A DNA stretch of 63,455 bases, filler included, from Reticulomyxa filosa (Eukaryota > Protista > Foraminifera), in the NCBI GenBank assembly GCA_000512085.1. It is 16 parts of 16 records of this genome, joined end to end, with 100 filler letters (N's around TTAATTAATTAA, not from the genome) between each part and the next. Parts side by side here need not be neighbours in the genome. Positions count along the whole stretch, not along the records: positions 36,124 to 42,125 come from ASPP01019942.1; positions 42,226 to 43,535 come from ASPP01016138.1; positions 43,636 to 46,184 come from ASPP01034683.1; positions 46,285 to 48,361 come from ASPP01022829.1; 12 more parts are not named here. One strand, given 5' to 3'. A program made the position numbers and the translations under genes. The stretch's first letter is position 1; each line of letters opens with the position of its first letter. The notes under the pieces were generated by a model that ran no database searches, was not told where the DNA came from, and saw only the letters and a list, made by a program, of their open reading frames with translations. Of the stretch, positions 36,379 through 46,800 are shown in pieces.

Positions 36379-38825
36379 ATGTCAGAAGAAATTGAAAAAA
36401 AAGTGACGAAAAAAAAGAAGCTTTGACTGGATTAGAGGAATCATTTATAAAACCTAAAGTTCCTAGCCTAAAGCTGTTCGTCCCAGGGCGTGCATGTTTG
36501 TTTGGAGAACATAGCGATTGGGCGGGCAGTTATAGAAAAATCAATCACAATATAAATCCTGGTCAATGCATAGTTTGTGGGACCAATCAAGGCCTATATG
36601 CAAAAGTTGAGTACTAAACAAGCAGAAAAAAGAAAAAAATACAAATAAATGATGATATTTTTGTGAAATAGGTGCAACCACATCCAACTAAATTAATTAT
36701 GACATCAGTGGACAATAAAAATAAGAGATTGGGGCCATTTGAAGTTGACATGAACTGTGATACATTGAGAAAACTGGCAACAGAAGGAGATGTGTTTAGT
36801 TATGTAGCAGGAGTGGCATATCAAATACTTAGCCGACATAAAGTGGGTGGACTAATTATTGATAATTATCATACTACACTTCCATTACAAAAAGGATTAA
36901 GTAGTAGTGCAGCAGTGTGTGTATTGGTGGCAAGAGCATTTAATAAAGTGTATGATTTGAAATTGACTATTGAAGGTTTTTTTATTTAAATAACAAATCA
37001 AATGTTTTTAAAAAATAAAGAAGATTATATATTTTTTTTTTTTAGGAGAAATGGATTATGCATTTATGGGTGAAAGAACAACACCTTCTCAATGTGGTCG
37101 GATGGATCAATGTTGTGCATTTGGAATGCAACCAGTATTAATGCAATTTGATGGAGATTATGCAAAATGTAAATCTTTGAATGTACAAAAACCTATCCAT
37201 TTGGTTATTGTTGATTTAGGAAAAAGTAAAAACACTCATCGAATTTTAAGTGATTTGAATGCTTGTTTTGGTAATGTAAGTAAAGATGATAGTAATTATG
37301 AAGTCGCAATTGGTGTTCAAAAATTGCTTGGAGAAATTAATTTAAGTTTATAATACAATTGTATGAAGTACATATAAATAAAATTAAATTAATACTAAAA
37401 AAAAAAAAAAAAATTTGTTAGACATAACTAATCGAGCAATCGAATCAATTGAAAAGGGTGAAGTTGAAAAAGTTGGAGCATTGATGACAGAAGCGCAACA
37501 AGAATTTGATTATTACGCAATTCCTGCTTGTCCTTCCGAATTAAGCTCTCCATATTTACATAAATTACTCAAAGATGAAAAAATTGCCGCACATATCTTT
37601 GGAGGCAAAGGAGTAGGTTCACAAGGTGATGGTTCTGCACAATTTATTTGCAAATCCGTTGAAGATCAGGTTAATTTAATTGTCACTCAAAATATAATTT
37701 AAAAAATAAATAAAGATTATTTTAAAAAAATAATTATAAAGGAAAAAGTTGTGAAAATAATTGAAAATGAATGGAAAATGGAATGCGTACAATTAACTAT
37801 TGGAAGCAATCGTACAGTAAAAAAAGCAGTTATTCCAGCAGCTTCCTATGCTAGTGACTTATTTCCAGCTTCGAAGGCTGTATCAACTGCATTATGGCCA
37901 ATTGTAGATAGCATTGATGGATTAGCAAAACCAGCTATACTCATATTGGTAGAAGAGGCTGTTAGCGCTGGTATTGAAGAAGTTTTTATTATTGTTAGTC
38001 AACATGAATTAAGTAGCTTTGAACAATTATTTCATGCACATATTCCCATTGAACAATATCATAAACTTTCTCCTCAATTACAAAAATATTCACAACGAAT
38101 TATTGAATTGGGTCGTCATGTTACTTTTATTGTGCAACAACATTTAGAAGGATTAGGACATGCTGTATTTCAAGCTAAAAAATTTATTGAATCTGGACCA
38201 TTTTTATTAATGTTGGGTGATCATTTATATCGTTCTAAACTAAAAGATAAATCTTGTGTTCAACAATTACTTGAGGAATATAAAGGTGTTAATTTAATTG
38301 GATTGCATGAAACCAATCCAACTAATGTTCATCATTATGGTACTGTAGCCGGTACTTGGAATAGAAATACTGATCACAATCGTGAACAAAAATCTTCACT
38401 TTTTAAGTTTATTAATACTAATATTATTTTTTTATTTAAAAAACAAAACAAAAACATTATCTCATTTAAAATAAAATAGAAGATTACATATTACTGAAAT
38501 TGTTGAAAAACCTTCTCTCGAATATGCGAAAAAACATTTAAAAGTTGATAATGTCTCTAATGATAACTTTTTAACTGCATTTGGCTTATATATCTTAGAT
38601 GGTGGTCGCTTATTAGAAATCATTGGAGATGATATTGAATGTAATCGCAGAAAAAATGGACGCTTTCAATTAACTACTGCCTTGGAAACTCTTCGAATAG
38701 AACAAGATCTACAAGGATATATGATTGATGGCGTTAGATTTGATATTGGTGCTTCACCTCAATCTTATGTTCAAACTCTTTCTGATTTCAGTTCTCCACA
38801 TTTATCTACTGAATCCAAATCATAA
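36379..38825 (+). CDS. GHMP (galactokinase-like) sugar kinase fused to a C-terminal GalU-like sugar-1-phosphate nucleotidyltransferase domain. Six exons (introns 36606-36671, 36976-37045, 37346-37421, 37670-37741, 38407-38479)
   Basis: Kinase motifs PGRACLFGEHSDW, LPLQKGLSSSAA, CGRMDQ and GGKGVGSQGDG. NTase motifs KKAVIPAA, EGLGHAV, LMLGDHLY, HYGTV, IVEKPS, FQLTTAL and RFDIG. All five introns join in frame. ATG 36379 is one base out of frame across an A8 run (probable homopolymer error). Confidence 0.9.
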
Positions 38826-39484
38826 TTGATCAAATACTCAAAAACTTGTTTTCTATCCTTTTATCTTTTAATTTGTTTTTCAAAAAATATTTTTGATAAT
38901 TACTCCGCCGAACAAATCATGATTTCTTTCAGCATTTTTGAACATTTGGTACAATATTAATTTTGAATGTTAGCCATAAGGCTTGCAATCATAGCACTAG
39001 ATCATTCCACACTTCGAGGGTAATAAGTGTTAGCACAATTTCTAGAATTCATTTTAAAAAATATCTATGCATATATAGGCAATAATGTACACAAGGCTAA
39101 CCTTTTGAAAAGTTTATAATATAAATTGTGTTACAATTTTTTTATCCTCAACGTTTTCGTTCAATACAAACGTACTTTTGGATTTTCGAGACTTGTGGTA
39201 TCATAAATAATCTGTGAAAGAAGCATGTGAAAAAAACACAGTATCTTCGAACATGAACCTGATCGGAATGACTTACTAACGCAATAAGAAATTAAAAGTC
39301 ACAAAGGCAGGAAATGTAAACATGAAGAATAAATATCATAGAATTTCGCGGTAAAATCGAGATAATTTAAAAACAATTGTTTGTAAAGCTTTGTTTTTTT
39401 TGTTTGGTTGTGTCTAGTGTAAATCAGAAAAAATTGATAGAGAGCATTTTTTGACTAATTCCTTTTTTTGTGTTCACCATTTGT

Positions 39485-42125
39485 TTAGTAATTATTATTT
39501 GTAATGTGATATTTCTGACATAAACCGACATATTTGTCATTATGCGTGAGTAGTTCATCTCCAAACAAACGAGCTAAATTGGTGGTCGTTACCGTACTAG
39601 TTCCGGAGAACAAAATTGGATTCCAATTACCACCACTGAAAGTGCTCCCTCTGCTGGAAACACTATCCGCTCTGTCTCTACCTTTTTCTTCCAGCTTGGG
39701 ATTGATATTAGTTTGAGCCGGATGATGGCAATAGTTTCCAAAATAATCAAACACACTGTCATAGTTATTGACGATCATACTTAAAGCTTCATAAATATGA
39801 AAGAACCGCAAAGGATCATCCTTATAACTACTTTCCAAAAAATCACTTAAAGTAACGTTTTCCTGGTTATTCTTTTGGTCGTAAGGGAATTTTTCCAAAT
39901 ATAGTTGAACACCAGTCTCATATTGTTTGTCTTGAATCAATACACGACAGATTTTACTCCACAAATTTAATCGCAAGAGCATATCAATCCCCAACTGTTT
40001 ACAAGGGTGATACGCCTTAATATTCAAAAATTTCGAATCCATAGGAGGTAACAAAGTTTTGTGGATTTCAGTTTTTTCTTTTTTCTGTCTTTCTATTTTG
40101 GTTTCCTTTCGCTCCTCTTCTGTATCATTACCATCATCCTCATTCTCATCACTTTCTTCTTCTTCTTCTTCTTCTTCTTCTCCTTCCTCTTCATTTTTTT
40201 CCGTTTCATTCCATTTTGTTGCTTTGCCTTTTCAGGATTGCTCTCTCCTTGATTTTGCTTCAAATAGTCTGTCGATACTGGATCCTTGCTGATTTCCAAT
40301 AAGACCATAGCTAATTTTTCATCGTCTGGAAACGCGTGATACTTTTTTTTGTATGTTTATTTATTATTATTATGTTTGTTGAATTTATTATCTTTGCATT
40401 GTTGTTCAGTTCATGCTATACATAAAGCAGATTTGTTTTTTTTCTCTCTCTCTCTATCTCTCCCCTTGTGCTTTTAAACTTGAAATAATTGGTGCAACAT
40501 GTAGAATTGTCCATGGTCCCTTAACAGTTGAACAATGAGCATGCTAATTGGCGTTGGAACTTTGAGTCGAAAGCGATGCATTGCCCTGGTATACTCTATA
40601 CATACCGCAATGAATCGTTCAGTGATTTTGTCGTATTGCCTTCTCGGAGGCAAATCGGAAAACAAAGTCGGTTGGTTGCCACTCATAGCAGACTCGATCG
40701 TTGCACTAATAGCGCCTGAGATGCTGTCCGTATTTAATGCAATGACACCGGTCGTTTTATATTCTTTCTCTTCTAATTCTTCCATCAACACTTGCTTCCC
40801 GGTCAACAATCGCTCCTTCATCGCCGACAACATTTGAAACAGTGGCACAAACAACTCCTCCATCATGTCTGTAGTTTTAATTACAGTTTCACCACTATGG
40901 CATTTCTCCAAGTCATATCCTACATTGGCCTTTACTCTACGTGCTTGAATGTCATACATATCTGTCATTCTATTGTCTCGATCCTCGGTAGGTGATGACA
41001 CGGTACGTGGCACTGTGTTCATAGGTTCACCAGATGAAGTGGTCTGTGACGGAATTGAATTAGCGCGAAATGGTTTGTTTCTTTCTTCTTCCATTCGTCG
41101 AATATGATTCCTTTTTTACATATTCAATGTATACATACATGTTTGTGTATAATACATACAATAAATAGATAGATGGTATACAAACGGAAAAAATGAATGA
41201 ATAGAAAAGAATTATTTTTGAACATTACAAAGTTGCAGATTCTTGGACCCCCCAAAACAATACGTTGCTGAGGCGTGTGAAATACTGAGAGATGCACTCC
41301 AAACGTGCTTTGAGATCATAGCGATAGCCTAAGCAATAATTTTTGATCATAGATCGCAATGTTTTCAAAATGATTTGTTTGCTATCATTAGCTTTCCTTT
41401 GCAATAAAAAATCCAATATGCTGTTTTCATTGCCGGAAGTCCATGACGCTGCAATCACTTCCAAATTTAGGGACAATGTATAGAAATTTCCTATATTTAC
41501 AAATATATACATATATATATGCGTATATGTATATATGTATATAAATGTTTTGCATATTTATGTTCATTTCACCAAGTGTATTATACTTTTGTTAATTGAT
41601 ATTGTTTTGCTTACCTCCATCAAACACTTTGTCTTTGTCCATTTGGCTTTCCTTTTCCACATCCCGCGGAGTTTCTACCCACGTTTCCAAGATAAAATAT
41701 GGATAGATGAATCTGTATTTCTTTTGTTTTCGTGTTCGCGGTGGATGATGCTTTGCATCTTTGTGTTTCGAATACGCGTGGTTGTGATCGGCATTTGCAC
41801 TGGAGTTGGAGTGCTCCGTTTTATTTCCGTGGCTTTCTTCACTCTGTTCTCGTCGCAATCGCTCATTTTCTAACTGTTCAATCACATCCTCGAAGGTGCT
41901 GAAGATTTGGGATCGAGGATATGCTCGAGTGGAATCGACATCCCCAGCTCCTTCATAGCTATTGTCTCCACGATCATTTTCGCTTCGGTTATAAAGTCCT
42001 GGATAGCAAATGCTTATTGGTAAAGGCGAGCAAATACAATTTTTGGCTTTGAAATCCACTAAGATGGGCATCTTTTGCGTACATGAATCGACAGACATCC
42101 ATATACACACACACACACACACACA
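39485..42125 (-). CDS. RMC1: Regulator of MON1-CCZ1 complex (Mic1/C18orf8 family), 5' truncated, multi-exon
   Basis: FIAVCIEYTRAM...LIVQLLRDHGQFYMLHQLFQ|YHAFPDDEKLAMVLL...YHPCKQLGIDMLLRL...ICRVLI matches the Mic1 domain consensus (EY.RS...L.Q..QY....DS..LA..LL...QL..DML.RL). Confidence 0.8.
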
Positions 42126-42225
42126 NNNNNNNNNNNNNNNNNNNNNNNNNNNNNNNNNNNNNNNNNNNNTTAATTAATTAANNNNNNNNNNNNNNNNNNN
42201 NNNNNNNNNNNNNNNNNNNNNNNNN

Positions 42226-42308
42226 CGGGATTCGGCGACATTGTCGCCTCTGCCGCGTCGGAAGGCGTCCTCCAGCTGCTCGAACAGGCGATCAACAAGC
42301 CGCGCTGA
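42226..42308 (+). CDS. 3' end of an upstream bacterial gene
   Basis: High-GC frame ...GFGDIVASAASEGVLQLLEQAINKPR* ending at TGA 42306-42308. Confidence 0.45.
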
Positions 42309-42438
42309 CTTCTGCGCAGCGTCTGAATCGGCTTGTCAGAGGGGGGTTCCCGGCTGCTACTGTCTCGCGGGGCGGCTCGATTCTTGCAAGCTTCGGCGAG
42401 GGCAAGAAATGACCGCGAGACAGGGAGTCAAAAGAATC

Positions 42439-43535
42439 ATGTTTTCATTCAGGAAGTCGGCGTTGGCCGTCATCGCCGCAGCAAGCTTCAGTGGCCTCGT
42501 CGCCGCTGCGCCGGCACAGGCGCAGACGCTCAAGGTCGTGATGCACTCGGACGTGAAGATCCTCGATCCGATCTGGACGACGGCCTACATCCAGCGCAAC
42601 CACGGCTACATGGTGTGGGACACGCTGTTCGCGGTCGACGAGAAGTTCGACGTCAAGCCGCAGATGGTCGACAAGTACGAGAACTCCGCCGACAAGCTGA
42701 CCTGGACCTTCACGCTGCGCGACGGGCTCGAGTGGCATAACGGCACGCCCGTTACCGCCGAGGACTGCGTGGCTTCGATCAAGCGCTGGGCTGCGCGCGA
42801 TTCGATGGGCCAGAAGATGATGGGCTCGGTCGCGGGCTTCGAGGTCGTCGACGCCAAGACCTTCAAGATGAAGATGAAGGAGCCGTACGGCCTGGTGCTG
42901 CAGTCGCTCGGCAAGCCCTCGTCGAACGTGCCGTTCATGATGCCGAAGAAGACGGCCGAAACCGACCCGATGCAGCAGATCAAGCTCGAGGATGTGATCG
43001 GCTCCGGCCCGTTCATCTTCAAGGGCGACGAGTGGAAGCCCGGCGAAAAGATCGTCTACGTCAAGAACACCAAGTACAAGCCGCGCGCCGAGCCGGCCAA
43101 CGGCCTCTCGGGCGGCAAGGTCGTGAAGGTCGACAGGGTCGAGTGGATCGCCATGCCGGACGTCCAGACGCAGATCGCGGCCCTGCAGAGCGGCGAGATC
43201 GACATGATCGAATCGCCTGGCCACGACCTGCTGCCGCTGCTGGCCAAGGCAAGAACATCAAGCTGCTCAGCTTCAACCCGACGGGCAACCAGTACGCCTT
43301 CCGCTTCAACAGCACGGCCAAGCCCTTCGACAACGCGAAGGTCCGCCACGCCGTCTTCGTGGCCTTCGCGCAGGAAGACTTCCTCAAGGCCACGATCGGC
43401 GATCCGCAGTGGTACAAGGTCTGCAAGGCGCCGTTCGTCTGCGGCACCCCGCTCGCGACCGACGCCGGCATGGCCGACGTGCTGAACGGCAACGCCGCCA
43501 AGGCCAAGCAGCTCCTCACGGAAGCCGGCTATGAC
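42439..43535 (+). CDS. Bacterial ABC transporter substrate-binding protein, family 5 (NikA/DppA/OppA-like). 1-nt frameshift near 43249; 3' truncated
   Basis: GGGAG RBS upstream, signal peptide ending AQA, and motifs LDPIWTTAYI, WTFTLRDGLEWHNG, VTAEDCVASIKRW and IGSGPF. No introns and nearly all third positions G/C. Continues in the other frame as KNIKLLSFNPTG...PFDNAKVRHA. Confidence 0.95.
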
Positions 43536-43679
43536 NNNNNNNNNNNNNNNNNNNNNNNNNNNNNNNNNNNNNNNNNNNNTTAATTAATTAANNNNNNNNN
43601 NNNNNNNNNNNNNNNNNNNNNNNNNNNNNNNNNNNGCATTGAATTATTTTTAAAAAAAATAAAATTGGAAAAAAAAAAA

Positions 43680-45280
43680 CAAAAATTTAAGGCAAGTATC
43701 AAATACTTGTAATGCAACAAACTTGACGTTGTTTGGCTTCACTTCACACTTGCTCGCTGGTACCACACAACCACCACTTTCCATTTGCTTGATAGATAGA
43801 CATTTGATTCTTTGAAGATCTATGCGTATAATGTGATAATATCGCACAAAATGGAAACAATATACTACATCTTTTTTTTTTTCCTTGGTAAGTTCGCTTT
43901 CGTAGCCAGGCATAAACAAGATCCAGATTATCCCGTTATTGAACGTTGAGAATTTTGTTCGACTTTTTCAATGCCATCATATAATGAATGTTTTCTAAAG
44001 GCGAAGTTCATCCGCTTTTGCGCCATTGTGATGAAGAGACACAAATTTTGGGCGCATGTTGACTGATGTGAGAATTTCCAATAACGACCATTATTCAAGG
44101 CCATTCAACAACTTTTGGATTGTGCGGTTCGAGGAGGGAGATTGCCATTATTCTTTTCTTTTCATTATTGGACATGTTCGCTGTTCTTTCTGCTTTCTTG
44201 TGTGCCATGGTGACAAACACAAAAAGATGTGAAACTCTTGCAGCAATGAACCAACTCTTTCTAAATCTCACGAGCACACGATGCCTCCCAAAATACAAAG
44301 TTGCGCATATGCGAACGAATACAATCAGTTTTAACACGAATAATCAATATCTGCGCTTTGACTATTGTCTTGCATTCATAAAATTACCTCCATTTCTATA
44401 ACGATCGAATGTTACTTGTTCGCTGCACTGGGAGATCGATGTTCGAATGATTTGTAACGCCAAGAACTATCATGTAGGGACTTGTGTGCGCATATGTTAA
44501 TGACGAACAAGTTTTTTCAATCTTCGAGTTGCAACTTCAATTATCTTTCATTAGGGCGCTCTATAGGAAGTTGGTTCATGTCTGAAACGCGCAAAGTCGA
44601 TGTTCGAGGACATGAACAGCTATTTCATGACAAATTCAACAAGGCATAAAAACTAGTTTGTTAAAAAAAAAACAAAAACAAATCCAACTCTGTATTGCAT
44701 CGACCTAGCCTTTCTTCTCTTCATTCTACTACTCTTCCTATTCTGCTTGCTGGTGTCTGGATTTTCTCACAAATTGATCCAGTACCACATGGAATGATGC
44801 TACCGATATAATTGTTTGCTCAGCCGCAATGTTGATTATTTCTAACGGCATCAGCGCTCTTTTCTTCTTTGCCAACAACTTCTTCGACCAATACAGTTCT
44901 TGCCACCTTAGTAACGCCATAATATACATACTGTTTCCACTTTTGCGCGATATCACTACGTCTTCTTTTTTCTGGAAGCTTGCTTTTGAGTCTGATCCTG
45001 ATTGTCATCTATTTATCTGGAGAATCTTGTCCAAATGTTCGAATACAATTATATGCTTTCCAACTAAGAAGTTCACATGCTCTAGTCGCTCTTGCAATAA
45101 GTGATATCTTGGCCTTGGATAATAATGTTTTCATTCTTGGCGTATTGGTTGCTGTTGATATTTTTTTTTTTGCAATAACTTCTTCTTGCTTTATTGCTTG
45201 CCATTGTTCAACGTTGTTTCTAAGCGTGCCCAAGATTTCTACTCGATTCAAAATTCAAAACCGTCGATTTGACCCAACGT
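43680..45280 (-). pseudogene. Heavily decayed coding remnant, family uncertain
   Basis: A series of short protein-like ORFs broken by stops and frameshifts with no consistent splice sites. YVYYGVTKVARTVL may be a decayed Walker A. Confidence 0.35.
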
Positions 45281-46284
45281 AAACGAATGCAAATTATCAC
45301 AATCGTTTCATTGTTCTTCAAGTGCTGGGACAATGCAACTATAAATTCCACATATCAGCACAGTCATGTACAAACACCCAATTTGCGCGTACGCGCACTT
45401 ACACTAAGTTTTGACTGACCGATCTTCTATATTATCATTTGGCGCCAATTTCCATATCCTTGAGTTTCATTGGTCGTCGCTATCGTTCTTTTTTTTTTCT
45501 TTCATTATTTTCTTTTTTCATTTTAATCAAATTTTTGCATTCTTTTTTTTTATTTTTTTTCTCTTTCTCTTATGTTTTTTTCATCTTTTTAATTTTTTTC
45601 AAATGGTCATTTTTTTTCATTTTATTTTGTCATTCTTTTTTTATTTTTCATTCTTATTTTTGGATTCTTTTTTTAATTTTTTTTCATTTTTTCTAAAAAA
45701 ATACATTTCAACAACCTTTTTTTTCACAACCCTTTTTTCACCTTGTTTTCCATGACTTTTTTTCCCTTTTCTTTTCCATCAAATTTCACCATTTCAAAAA
45801 AAAATAAAAAACTTTTTATCTTGATTTGCTTCGACTCCTAATAAACAAATCACAAAATAAAAATTTTTTTTCATTTTTTAAAGAAAAAAAAACAAACCTT
45901 GCCTTTCGAGCTAAAAGCTCAAATCCAATCTTATATATATTTTTTTCTTTGTCACAAAGTAGGGGGGGAACAAATTATATATTTTTTGGACGGGGGCATG
46001 CCTATTAACAAACAAATCAAATATTTGATAAAAGAAAATGAAAAAAAAAATAAATGCAAACTCTTTGATCTTTTTTTGAATACGGAGTGGCTTCAACCCC
46101 AAAGTTTTTCTTTTGGAGGGACTTGTTACGTACACTTTTTTTTTTTGAATAGACTGGCTGCGGTTCTATTATTGAAAACACACANNNNNNNNNNNNNNNN
46201 NNNNNNNNNNNNNNNNNNNNNNNNNNNNTTAATTAATTAANNNNNNNNNNNNNNNNNNNNNNNNNNNNNNNNNNNNNNNNNNNN

Positions 46285-46800
46285 ACTGGCTTCCAATCGA
46301 TTGCCATTTTTATTGGCTCCGTTTCGTCGTTATTGTCGTCATTGGGCACTTGAGATGACGTCGATACCATGGTCTATTCTTGGAACCACAGTCGTATCGA
46401 CATATCTTTTCTTTTTCTTCGCTTATTGCACTAGCTGCTGCCAAAGATGTCTTCAATTACATTGCCATCATCATCGAAGTCAATCTTTGTTGCAAAACAT
46501 GTAATTGTTATCAGCAGAAGCAAATCAAATACAGCTACCACGACCTCGGAACACATTATCGAAAAAACCAAGGAAATGAAGGTTTCAATCCCCAAATGCA
46601 CGGACCATTACTTTATCGAGGTTATGACCGCCTTTGGAAAAGCATGTCAAACATTGAGTTCTTCAAGAACATTGTCAAAGTTCCGGTCAATTATTGCTTG
46701 GTTTAAAGAACAACCTTTATCTTAAGTGGTGTTGTAGAACGCCTGTGATGACGACAAGCACATTTGTACGAGATTGAAGCTGTACAGGTATCTTTTTTTA
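46285..46800 (+). pseudogene. Decayed coding remnant, possibly clathrin heavy chain
   Basis: Fragments KDVFNYIAII, EHIIEKTKEMKVSIPKC, EFFKNIVKV and WFKEQPL occur in order but in alternating frames, echoing clathrin (MFTELAIL, EH...NIPK, FKDII.KV, FY.E..PL). Confidence 0.3.

Noticed and set aside
36379-36425. Programmed ribosomal frameshifting suggested by frame breaks (also ~27475, ~43249, ~54058, ~59005)
   Set aside because: Most breaks fall in or next to short homopolymer runs, share no slippery-site or stimulator motif, and one occurs in the bacterial contig. Sequencing indels are the simpler explanation.
42445-43224. Long antisense and alternate-frame ORFs over the bacterial gene
   Set aside because: Shadow ORFs caused by high third-position GC.
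45411-45800. Phe-rich 'membrane protein' ORFs
   Set aside because: Low-complexity poly-T tract, probably low-quality sequence.
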